From NCBI GenBank assembly GCA_041917235.1, contig JAYRXZ010000006.1, positions 41,517 to 105,516 on the forward strand: a DNA stretch of 64,000 nucleotides, given 5' to 3'. A model generated the notes under the pieces. That model did no database searches and was not told where the DNA came from. It worked only from the letters and a program-made list of their open reading frames with translations. The DNA is from Lacunisphaera sp. GTDB taxonomy: Bacteria; Verrucomicrobiota; Verrucomicrobiia; Opitutales; Opitutaceae. Of the stretch, positions 27,135 through 37,925 are shown piece after piece; position 1 is the stretch's first letter; each line of letters starts with the position of its first letter. The translations under genes were made by a program, and so were the position numbers.

Positions 27135-28040
27135 CTACAACGTCCGTTCAAACCACGCCACCGTCGCCTCTACCGCCCGCTTCGCGTGGCCGAGTTCGGG
27201 CTGGAACACGTTGAAAATATGGTCGGCCCCCTCGATCCTCACCTGTTCCTTGGGGCTCCCCGGCGCCGCCATCAATAAAGCTGCGTCGCAATCCACCCGC
27301 ACCTCACTGGTGATCGCACGCCCTTCGTCGCTGATCGTGGGCTTTTTCAAAACCCGCGTGGCCAGGAAATCCTCCGACCCCCGCACCGTGAGGAACGCGC
27401 CGGGGTATTTCGCCAGCGACTTGTCCAGGTCGACGCCGCGGAAGCTTTCGTAGAACGCGCGCTTCGTCGTGATTTTCTTCCAACCGGGCACCTCCTCCGT
27501 CGCCACGCCGTCACGCACCGCGGTGCAGCCGGTCTCCGTTTCCATATACATCGCATAATGGTCGCCGCCGGGACTCGACCACAGCGCCATGCTCTTGAAC
27601 CAGTCGGGGTAGTGCGCGCCGATCTCGATGGCCGTCGAGGCCCCGAGGCTCCAGCCCTGAACCCCCAGCCGGCTCGCATTCACGCCCGGCTGTTCGACCA
27701 GCCAGGCATACGCGGCCGCGGTGTCCTCGAGCCGCGTCGCGAAGGTCGACTCGATGTCCGTCCGGCGCTTGTCCCCCTCGCCCCGGAAGTTGATGCGCAG
27801 GCTCGCGATGCCCTTCGCCGCCAGCTCACCCGCCAGCCGCTTCGTCAGGTTGCCGGCCCCGTCCATATCGTCGGCGAAGCCGTGCAGCAACAGCACGGCG
27901 CGGCCGCTCCACCCCTTGTCCGGTTTCAGCCATGCACCCTTGAGCTCGGGCGTGATCGTGACCGCGGTTTCCGCCGCCGGAGCCGTGAACCCGAGCAGTC
28001 CCGCCGCCAGGCCGGTCGCAATCTGGCGAAGAAATTTCAT
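27135..28040 (-). CDS. Secreted alpha/beta-hydrolase fold protein
   Basis: Track ORF 27135..28268(-); internal Met gives signal peptide [23 protein letters not shown]; nucleophile elbow GWSLG; HGFADD oxyanion region. Confidence 0.75.
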   Translation of the reverse strand: MKFLRQIATGLAAGLLGFTAPAAETAVTITPELKGAWLKPDKGWSGRAVLLLHGFADDMDGAGNLTKRLAGELAAKGIASLRINFRGEGDKRRTDIESTFATRLEDTAAAYAWLVEQPGVNASRLGVQGWSLGASTAIEIGAHYPDWFKSMALWSSPGGDHYAMYMETETGCTAVRDGVATEEVPGWKKITTKRAFYESFRGVDLDKSLAKYPGAFLTVRGSEDFLATRVLKKPTISDEGRAITSEVRVDCDAALLMAAPGSPKEQVRIEGADHIFNVFQPELGHAKRAVEATVAWFERTL

Positions 28041-28187
28041 GCCCGTCTCATTGCACGCCACGTGCCGGCCCGCCAGCCATTTTACCGGACGAATTCTCCG
28101 GGCGTGTAATCCGTCCTCCGCCAGTCTCGTCTTTTCTCGTTCCGAGCCTGTCTGTTCCCTGTCCTCGGTATTCCGTCCTCGGCCCCA

Positions 28188-30963
28188 CCCCATCCCCATG
28201 AACTTCCCCGCGTTTCGTCCGTTCCTCGCCTGTTTGTGTCTTGGCACCCTGACCGGACAGGCCGCCACCGATCAGCCGGTTACCGTCAAATGGCTCGGTG
28301 ACACTCCGGCTCCGCTCGGCACCGGGGTCAGCTTCGGTGTGCCGTGGCCGCGCGGCGCCGTGCCGAAAACGCAGGCCTTCACGCTCACCACCGCCGATAA
28401 CCGGGCCCTGCCGGTGCAGACCTGGCCGCTGGCCTACTGGCCGGACGGCTCGTTGAAATGGGTCGGCGTCGCCACCGTCGCCGGTCCCGAGACCAAGGGT
28501 GAGTTGAAACTGCTTCCGGTCGCCACGGCCACCCCCGGCGGAGCCGCCATCACCGTCCGCCGCAGCGACACAACCTTCCTGATCGACACCGGCCGCGTGA
28601 AGGCGGTCATCCCGATGCACGGCTCGAATATCATCGACCTCCTCACCGTCGACGGCCGGGAGGTGGCCCGCGCCGGCCGCCTCACCGCCATCGTGCAGGA
28701 CGGCCCCGATGGCGACGCCACCGCCGCGCCGGCGCGCGAAGCCTACGGCACCCGCGTGGACCGGGTGACCCTCGAGCAGTCCGGCCCCGTGCGCGCCGTC
28801 GTGAAGATCGAGGGCATGCACCTCTCCGCGAAGACCAGCCGCGCCTGGCTGCCGTTCGTGGTGCGCCTGTATTTCTACGCCGGCGAGGAATCCATCCGGA
28901 TGGTCCACACCTTCTTCTTCGACGGCGACGAGAGCCGGGACTTCATCCGCGGCCTCGGCGTCGTGTTCGGCGTGCCGCTGCGCGAGCAGGTGCAGAACCG
29001 CCACGTGCGCTTCTCCGGCGAGAACGGCGGGCTGTGGTCCGAGCCGATCCAACCGATGATCGGCCGCGGCGGCCGGTTCGTCGCCGAACCCAACGGCACC
29101 GCCGATGTCTATCCGCGCCAGGTCGACGGTCTGCGCGTGCCGAACCGCGAGGAGGTCACCCCCCGCAGCCAGGGCTGGCTCGCCGACTGGGCCGTGTGGG
29201 ACGGCTTCAAGCTCACCCAGCCCAACGCCGACGGCTTCACCGTCGTCAAACGCACCAACGCCGAGAGTGCGTGGATTGCCGCCGGCGCCGGTCGGCGCGC
29301 CTCGGGCCTCGTGTTCGCGGGCGATGTCAGCGGCGGCCTGGCCGTCAGCCTGAAGAATTTCTGGCAATCCTATCCCGCCTCACTGGAGGTGCAGAAGATG
29401 TCCACCGGCGAGGCCGAGCTGACGGTCTGGCTCTGGTCCCCCGACGCCCCCGGCATGGACCTGAGGCATTACGATACCAAGGCCCACGGACTCGAAGCCG
29501 TCTACGAAGACGTCCAGCCGGGCTTCAGCACGGCGCACGGCGTGGCCCGCACCAGCGAGCTGACCCTCTTTCCCTCCGCCGGCGTCCCGACCAAGGAGGA
29601 CACCGTGAAGATGGCCGCCATGGGTGCCGCCCCGCCGCTGCTCGTCTGCACACCGCAATATCTCCACTCCGCCAAGGCCTTCGGCCACTGGGGCCTCGAA
29701 GACCGTTCGACCCCCGTGAAGGCCGCCATCGAGCAGCGCCTCGACGCCACGCTCAACTTCTACCTCACCCAGCCCGAGCAGCACCGCTGGTATGGTTTCT
29801 GGGATTTCGGCGACGTCATGCACTCCTACGACGACGAGCGCCATGTCTGGCGCTACGACCTCGGCGGCATGGCCTGGGCGAACTCCGAACTCGGGCCCGA
29901 CCTGTGGCTCTGGTATAGCTTCCTGCGCTCGGGCCGCGCGGACGTGTTCCGCATGGCCGAGGCCATGACGCGCCACACCGGCGAGGTCGACTGCTACCAT
30001 CTCGGCAAATTCGCCGGGCTCGGCTCGCGCCACAATGTCCGCCACTGGGGCTGCGGCGCCAAGGAGGCCCGCATCAGCCAGGCCGGTTACCGCCGCTTCT
30101 ATTACTACCTCACCACCGACGAGCGCACGGGCGACGTCATGCGCGAGATGCTCAACGCCGACTTCAAGACCATCGACTACGATCCGATGCGTCTGGCCCA
30201 GCCCATCACCGAGGCCGAGAGGAAGATCGCACCGACGCGCGTCCGCCTCGGGCCCGACTGGCTGGCCTTCCTCGGCAACTGGATGACCGAGTGGGAGCGC
30301 ACCGGCGACACGCAGTGGCGCGACAAGATCCTCGCCGGCGTCGCGAGCCTCGACGCCATGCCGCTCGGCCTGCGCACGGGCAAGAACCTCGTCTTCGGCT
30401 ACGACCCCGCCACCGGGAAACTCTACCAGCTCAGCGCCGAACCGGGCGTCTACAACCTCGCCACCATCATGGGCGGCGCCGAGACCGTGTTCGAACTCAA
30501 CCTGATGCTCGACGACCCGCGGTGGCAGAAACTCTGGCTGCAATACTGCCGCCTCTACAGCGCCCCGAAGGATGTCATCGAACGCGACATGAAGACCGGC
30601 ACCGAGGGCGCCGACGCCTCCTTCGTCCGCGACGGCCGCCTCGCCTCCTATGTCTATTTCAAGACCGGCAACGAGGCCTTCCGCAAGGCCGGCATCGACG
30701 CCCTGCTGCGCACGGCCCGCGGCGGCGGCCGTAACCCTCCGTTGCAGCGGGTCGAGGGTCCCGAGTCGCTCAACCCGGTGGACGAGGGCCTCGGCGGCAC
30801 CAACGGCGCCTCGCAGAGCGGACTCGAGACCATCGCGATGCTCGGCCTGGTGGGCGACCACCTGCCGAGGGAGATTCCGCCCGTCACGCCCGAGGAACAG
30901 GCGACCATGTCACGCCGGCGCGAGGGCAACCCGCCGCCCGCGACTCCGCCCAAGCAGCCGTGA
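28188..30963 (+). CDS. Large secreted protein of unknown function (~925 aa), possibly a carbohydrate-active enzyme
   Basis: Track ORF 27721..30963; the 5' part overlaps the convergent hydrolase gene, so start placed at ATG 28188 giving signal peptide [22 protein letters not shown]. Trp/aromatic-rich conserved blocks ([34 protein letters not shown]...). No recognisable catalytic signature. Confidence 0.7.
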
Positions 30964-31022
30964 GACCCAGGTAGGGCGCGGACTCCGTCCGCGCCCCGGC
31001 GGCGAAGGGACTCGCCGCCCTA

Positions 31023-31145
31023 CCTCAATCCTCCCGCTTCATCTTCGGCGGGGTCTCGTCCTTCTTGGCCTTGATGATGACCATGATCAGCACGGCGATG
31101 CTGAGCAGGATGCCGAGGGCGGAAACAAACATGAGCAGGCGCATG
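31023..31145 (-). CDS. Small hypothetical membrane protein (40 aa) just downstream of the SPFH gene
   Basis: Own translation MRLLMFVSALGILLSIAVLIMVIIKAKKDETPPKMKRED; GGAG Shine-Dalgarno ~8 nt upstream of ATG; not in track (<60 aa). Confidence 0.35.
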
Positions 31146-31165
31146 GGAATTTCTCCGGTTGAAGA

Positions 31166-32836
31166 TTATTTGGCGGGGGCGGGCGGCACGGCCTGGCGGA
31201 GGATGGTGCCCATGAGGGCGTCCGTCGTGCCGCCGGTGCCGCTGCCGTTGACCATCACCTGCGGCGTGATCTGGACCTTGCCCTCGACGACGAGCTTGAG
31301 GAGCTCGAGCTGGGCGACCTGCTGCTGGCCGAGGGTCTCGACCAGGAGCTTGTAGGCCTTGGCGCGGCCCTCGCCGATGATGATCTGGGACTCGGCCTCG
31401 CCCTTGGCGCGGACGACCTGCGACTTGGCGTTCTCGCCCTCGACCTTCACCTTGTATTCGGCGGCCGCGAGCTGGCGCTGCTGCTCGGCCTCCTCCTGCG
31501 CGCGGACGAACTTGGCGCGGGATTCCTCGGCCTGCTTCTGCTGGGTGTAGAGCTTTTCCTGGTTCACCGCGACCTCGCGGTCGGTCTGTGTGGCGAGCAG
31601 CTGCTGGCCGGCGGGGCTGGCGTCGAGGTGGATGTTGCCGACGTAGACACCGTCGCAGCTCACGCGGAAGCGCGCGAGCTCGGCGGTGATGCGCTGGCCG
31701 ACCAGCGCCTCGATCTCGCTGCGGCGGTTGACGAACTCGAGCGCGTTCATCGTCTCCGCCACGTTGCGGAAGATCGCGCGGATGGACGGCAGGATGATGC
31801 GGGCCTCGAGCACCTCGAGTTCCTCGCCCTCCTGCTCGTCCTGCACGACGGCGTCGGGGTTGCCGAGCAGGGCGACCAGGTAGGGGGCGTTCTTGGCCTC
31901 GACGGCGCAGGCGACGCGCACGTCGACCGGGAACGAGAAGCCGTCCTTCGAGCGGACGGAGACGGACCAGTCGGTGTTGCCCGAGGCCGCGGCCTGGGGC
32001 GCGGCGCGGACCGCGGCCGCCGCGCGGGCGGCCGGGGCGGGCGCCGGGGCGGGCTTGTTGTAGGTGTCCGCCTGGTAGGTGTAGGTCCGCTGGGTGGTCT
32101 TCACCACGGTGGGCACGTAGGCGTTCGTGTTCAGGTAATAGCCGCCGGGCGTCAGCGGCTCGGACCAGACGCCGATGTGGTCGCGCGGGACCAGCGGCAC
32201 GCCGTTGACCAGGTCACCCTGGCCGTCGGCGGCGGTCCAGCGCTTGCCGGAGTTGCTCTTGATGACGACGACCGTGCCGGCCGCGACCTGCAGGGCGGGG
32301 ATGGCCGTGACCTCGTGCAGCGCCGTGTTGTAGCGGTAGGTGCCGGGCGTGAGGATGGTGGTCTGCGGGCCGCGGCGGCCGCCCTTGGCGAGGAAGGTGG
32401 TGGGATTGAGCATGTCCTGCGCGCTTTCCCAGGCCGGCGCGAACATCTCGTTCTCCGGCAGCGGCTGGCCGTCGCGCGCGGTGACAAAGCCGACCTGGCC
32501 GGACGGCACGGTGATCACGCGGTCGATGCGCACCTGGTAGGTGAAGGGATAGAAGCCGAAGTGCCAGCCGGGGCCGAGGATCTCGGCCTGCGGGCCCATC
32601 TCGCCGGCCCGGGCGATGATCTGGCCGGTCGGCAGCGGGTTGCCGAAGAATTGCTTGTGCACGATGCCGACCTCGTCCTGGTCGATGACGACCGACGAGC
32701 CGACCACGAGCCCGAAGCCGAACAGCGAGAATGCGAGCACGACCAGCGCGCCGCGGCCGGCGGCCGGCAGCGTGAGGACGAAAGAGGCGCCCAGCGCGAC
32801 GATCGCGAGCACCGTGAAGAAGAGGATCAAGGCCAT
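31166..32836 (-). CDS. SPFH/band-7 (flotillin-like) domain membrane protein
   Basis: Track ORF 31166..34093(-) overlaps a real plus-strand gene upstream of 32836; credible start MALILFFTVLAIVALGASFVL (TM anchor), SPFH core, then long Glu/Lys/Gln-rich coiled-coil C-terminus. Confidence 0.8.
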   Translation of the reverse strand: MALILFFTVLAIVALGASFVLTLPAAGRGALVVLAFSLFGFGLVVGSSVVIDQDEVGIVHKQFFGNPLPTGQIIARAGEMGPQAEILGPGWHFGFYPFTYQVRIDRVITVPSGQVGFVTARDGQPLPENEMFAPAWESAQDMLNPTTFLAKGGRRGPQTTILTPGTYRYNTALHEVTAIPALQVAAGTVVVIKSNSGKRWTAADGQGDLVNGVPLVPRDHIGVWSEPLTPGGYYLNTNAYVPTVVKTTQRTYTYQADTYNKPAPAPAPAARAAAAVRAAPQAAASGNTDWSVSVRSKDGFSFPVDVRVACAVEAKNAPYLVALLGNPDAVVQDEQEGEELEVLEARIILPSIRAIFRNVAETMNALEFVNRRSEIEALVGQRITAELARFRVSCDGVYVGNIHLDASPAGQQLLATQTDREVAVNQEKLYTQQKQAEESRAKFVRAQEEAEQQRQLAAAEYKVKVEGENAKSQVVRAKGEAESQIIIGEGRAKAYKLLVETLGQQQVAQLELLKLVVEGKVQITPQVMVNGSGTGGTTDALMGTILRQAVPPAPAK

Positions 32837-33022
32837 GTGTGTGCGGAGTTGAGGTTCTGCCCGGACGGGCGAAACGGGTCTGTAACGCCGGCAGCAAAGC
32901 GCACCGCGCCCGGCCAGTCGAGCCCGGAGGGGCCGGCACGAAACGCTCCTCCCGATTATAATAAACGCGCACGGCAAGCATTTGCCGGCTCCACCCGCCG
33001 GGCGGGAGGTCACTGTAACCAC

Positions 33023-34252
33023 ATGAAGCTGCTCTCCTGTTGTCCCTACTGGCCGCTCAAGGACGGCCTGCCCGCGAGTTTCCCACCGCTGGGCCGCCAG
33101 GTGTCCTGCGAGGTCGCGATCATCGGCGCGGGCATCACCGGCGCCTTGATGGCCTGGCATCTGGCGGAGGCCGGGATCAGCACCGTGGTCCTGGACCGGC
33201 GCGAGGCGGCGCATGGCAGCACGGCCGGCAGCACGGCGCTGTTGCAATATGAGATCGACCTGCCGCTGCACCGCCTGGCCCGGCGGCTCGGCGCGGCGCG
33301 CGCCGAGCGCGCCTATCACGGCTGCCTTGGCGCCGTGCACGGCCTCGGCCGCCTGGTGAAGCAACTCAACCTGGACGTCGGCTTCGCCCCCAAGGGCAGC
33401 GTGCTGCTGGCCCGCCACCGCGCGCACGTGCCGGCGTTGCGCCGCGAGTTCCTGGCGCGCCAGGCCGCGGGTTTTCCCGTCGAGTGGTGGCCGCGCGGCG
33501 AACTGGCCCGCCGCGGCAGCCTGCCCCAGCCGGCGGCCCTTTTTTCCCGCGCCGGCTCGGCCGCGCAGGTCGATGCCTATGCGTTCGCCTACGGCCTGCT
33601 CGCGGCGGCACGGCGGCGGGGGGCAGCGGTGCACGACCGCACCGCCGTGGCGCATCACCGCCTCACCGCGCGCGGGGTCGAGCTGGTGACGGACCGCGGG
33701 CACCGCGTCCGCGCACGCTGGCTGGTGGTGGCGTCGGGTTACGAGGCGGACCGGTTCCTGCCGGAAAAGGTCACAACGCTCCACAGCACCTATGCGCTGG
33801 CCAGCGAACCGGTCGCGGATTTCCCCGGCTGGCCCGCCGGGCTGCCGGTCATCTGGGAAACCGGCGACCCTTACCTCTACCTGCGCACCACGGAGGACCG
33901 GCGGATCATCCTGGGCGGCTACGACGAGCCGTTCCGCGATCCCGCGGCGCGCGACCGCCTGCTGCCCCGCAAGGTCGCTGCGCTGCGCCGGCGGTTCGCG
34001 CAGCTGTTTCCCCGCATCCCGCTCGAGGTCGCCACGGCGTGGGCGGGCACCTTTGGCAAAACGGCGGACGGCCTCCCGTTCATCGGCGGACATCCGGGCG
34101 TGCCCCGCACATGGTTCGCCCTCGGCTACGGGGGCAACGGCATCACCTACAGCCTGCTCGCCGCGGAACTCTTCCGCGACCGGCTGGCCGGAAACCCCGC
34201 GCGCGACGCCGACCTGTATGGCTTCGGCCGCCGGCCGGACCCGCTGGGCTGA
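33023..34252 (+). CDS. FAD-dependent oxidoreductase (DAO/glycine oxidase-like family)
   Basis: In-frame portion of track ORF 31628..34252; start ATG 33023 (MKLLSCC...), dinucleotide motif VAIIGAGITGALMAWHLAEAG, C-terminal GYGGNGITYS. Confidence 0.8.
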   Translation: MKLLSCCPYWPLKDGLPASFPPLGRQVSCEVAIIGAGITGALMAWHLAEAGISTVVLDRREAAHGSTAGSTALLQYEIDLPLHRLARRLGAARAERAYHGCLGAVHGLGRLVKQLNLDVGFAPKGSVLLARHRAHVPALRREFLARQAAGFPVEWWPRGELARRGSLPQPAALFSRAGSAAQVDAYAFAYGLLAAARRRGAAVHDRTAVAHHRLTARGVELVTDRGHRVRARWLVVASGYEADRFLPEKVTTLHSTYALASEPVADFPGWPAGLPVIWETGDPYLYLRTTEDRRIILGGYDEPFRDPAARDRLLPRKVAALRRRFAQLFPRIPLEVATAWAGTFGKTADGLPFIGGHPGVPRTWFALGYGGNGITYSLLAAELFRDRLAGNPARDADLYGFGRRPDPLG

Positions 34253-34259
34253 GGACCCT

Positions 34260-36089
<1,830 letters not shown>

Positions 36090-36144
36090 GGGAATGGGCG
36101 AACGTAGGCCCCGCCCCGGCCGGTGCAACCCAAAGCTCGGGGAT

Positions 36145-36290
36145 TTTTAACCACTAATCCTCACTAATGAGGCACTAATCCAAACATCGGGCTCAGAGCT
36201 GCTTGATGACTTGGCCCGATCCTCTTCATTCGGTTCCCAGTCCGCTGATTAGTGATCCCTGAGTGTGGATTAGTGGTTAAAACAGAACTC
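36145..36290. repeat. Intergenic AT-rich element: ~34-bp imperfect inverted repeat (TTAACCACTAATCC ... GGATTAGTGGTTAA) carrying 5 copies of heptamer CACTAAT/ATTAGTG
   Basis: Direct reading: ccACTAATcc tcACTAATga ggcACTAATcc ... tgATTAGTga ... ggATTAGTggttaa; arms ~70 bp apart; lies between divergent genes (ABC-F on minus, small ORF/acyltransferase on plus). Confidence 0.5.
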
Positions 36291-36330
36291 CGGTTGACTC
36301 CACCGCCGGCCTCCCTGCACTCTCCGCCCG

Positions 36331-36593
36331 TGACGACGACCGCCCAACCTCCCTTTCACCAGACCCTGCGCTGGCTGGCCACCCATGCCCGTTTCCCCGC
36401 GCAGCGTTTGCCGGAAAAGGCGGAGCTGCTGGTGCTGATCGCCACGGCCGCGGCCACCGAGGAAAGCAACGCCGCCGGCAAGCCGGCCAACGCGATCCTG
36501 ATCAAGAACAAGACCTTCGCGGCCCAGATTCGCAGCTACACCGCCCAGCGCCGGCGCGCCCACATCACCTGCGACAACAGCGCCAAGACCTAG
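36331..36593 (+). CDS. Small hypothetical protein (~87 aa, GTG start)
   Basis: Part of track ORF 36252..36593; strong GC3 bias from GTG at 36331 (VTTTAQPPFHQTLRW...); no recognisable domain. Confidence 0.35.
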
Positions 36594-36632
36594 GCGCCCG
36601 GAAACATCCCCCCGGCGCCCACCCCCGCGCGA

Positions 36633-37820
36633 ATGACGCCGTCCAAGGCCAGTGGCTCCACCCCGCCGCCCGCGTCCGTTCCGGGCTCCCGGATTGAGTC
36701 ACTCGATGCTTTTCGCGGGGCGTGCGCGCTGGCGGTTTTCCTGACGCACTGGTTCCTTTGGGCAAATTTCCGGCCCGCGGGTGAAACGGAGCGCCTGTTC
36801 CATGACTGCCTCGACACCGCCTACCAGGTGTTCGGCCTCCTCACCTGGAACAGCAACGGCCATCATCCGGCCGTGCTCGGTTTTTTCGTGTTGAGCGGCT
36901 TCTGCATCCACGCCTCGCGGGCGCGGCGGACGGCGGGCGGGGGAGCGGCACCGGATTGGCGCCGGTATTTCGTGAGCCGGGGGCGCCGCATCCTGCCGGT
37001 TTATTGGTGGGGCACCCTCCTGGGCGTGGGGCTCATGGCCCTGCAGGCAACCTGGCCCTCCGGCAACCCCATCCTGGCCGCCCACGTGGCCGGCGACTTG
37101 CGTGACCTGGTGGTCCGGCTGTTCGCCGTCACCGCGGTCGTGCCCGGGGATGTCATCCTGGGCAATTGGTCGCTCAACACCGTGTCCTCGGAAATCGCCA
37201 TCTATGCACTTTACCCGCTCCTGTTCATCGGCACCCGCCGGCTGGGCGGGTGGCCGCTGCTGGCGGGCCTGATCGCGCTGCAGTTTGTCGCGCTGGCCTT
37301 GCTGCCGTATTTTCCCATGCATTGGATTTTCGGCACGCCGCTGATGATGGGGGCCTACTGGTATCTCGGCATGCTGGCGGCCGAGTGGCATTTCAAGGGG
37401 GGCCGCCCGGTGCCAGCCTGGGTTCTGCTGCCCGCCTGGGGCTTGTTCCTGGCACTGCGCGGCCTCCCCTACTCTCCCGTCACCTTTGTCTTGGTGCAAC
37501 TGATCCGCGCGGCGGGTTTCACCGTGCTGCTGCTCTGGCTGGTGGGCCGGGAAACCCGTTTTCCCTTTTTTGTCGGCAACCGGCCGCTCCGCTTTCTGCG
37601 CTGGGTGGGTCAGGGCAGTTACAGCCTCTACGCCGTTCATCCGCCTGTCATCATGGCGACCACGTGGGCCCTGGGCAACCTGACCGGCATCCGGAGCAAC
37701 ACCGTCCAGCTGTTGCTCACCTTGCTGACCACGGTGCTCGCCACGGTGCTAACCTATCGGTTCATCGAGCGGCCATATCTCGTTTCCGCAAGGAAGGATC
37801 CCGTTCCGAAGGCCGCCTGA
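36633..37820 (+). CDS. Acyltransferase family 3 (OafA/YrhL-like) integral membrane protein
   Basis: SLDAFRGACALAVFLTHW N-terminal motif, ~10 TM helices, 395 aa. Confidence 0.8.
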   Translation: MTPSKASGSTPPPASVPGSRIESLDAFRGACALAVFLTHWFLWANFRPAGETERLFHDCLDTAYQVFGLLTWNSNGHHPAVLGFFVLSGFCIHASRARRTAGGGAAPDWRRYFVSRGRRILPVYWWGTLLGVGLMALQATWPSGNPILAAHVAGDLRDLVVRLFAVTAVVPGDVILGNWSLNTVSSEIAIYALYPLLFIGTRRLGGWPLLAGLIALQFVALALLPYFPMHWIFGTPLMMGAYWYLGMLAAEWHFKGGRPVPAWVLLPAWGLFLALRGLPYSPVTFVLVQLIRAAGFTVLLLWLVGRETRFPFFVGNRPLRFLRWVGQGSYSLYAVHPPVIMATTWALGNLTGIRSNTVQLLLTLLTTVLATVLTYRFIERPYLVSARKDPVPKAA

Positions 37821-37925
37821 CGCCCGCCGCGGGCCTGATCGTTTTTCCGGCCCGACTGCAGACAAACCGGCTGCCGGGCGGCGCTTAAAGGCAGCGCGGC
37901 GCACCGCGCCTGCCCACCCCCACCC

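Noticed and set aside
27721-28187. 5' extension of track ORF 27721..30963
   Set aside because: Overlaps the convergent alpha/beta hydrolase gene and is Ser/Pro/Arg-rich; a proper signal peptide begins at the ATG at 28188.
31628-33022. 5' extension of track ORF 31628..34252 and 3' part of 31166..34093(-)
   Set aside because: Mutually overlapping; each is credible only on its own side: SPFH gene up to 32836 on minus, FAD oxidoreductase from 33023 on plus.
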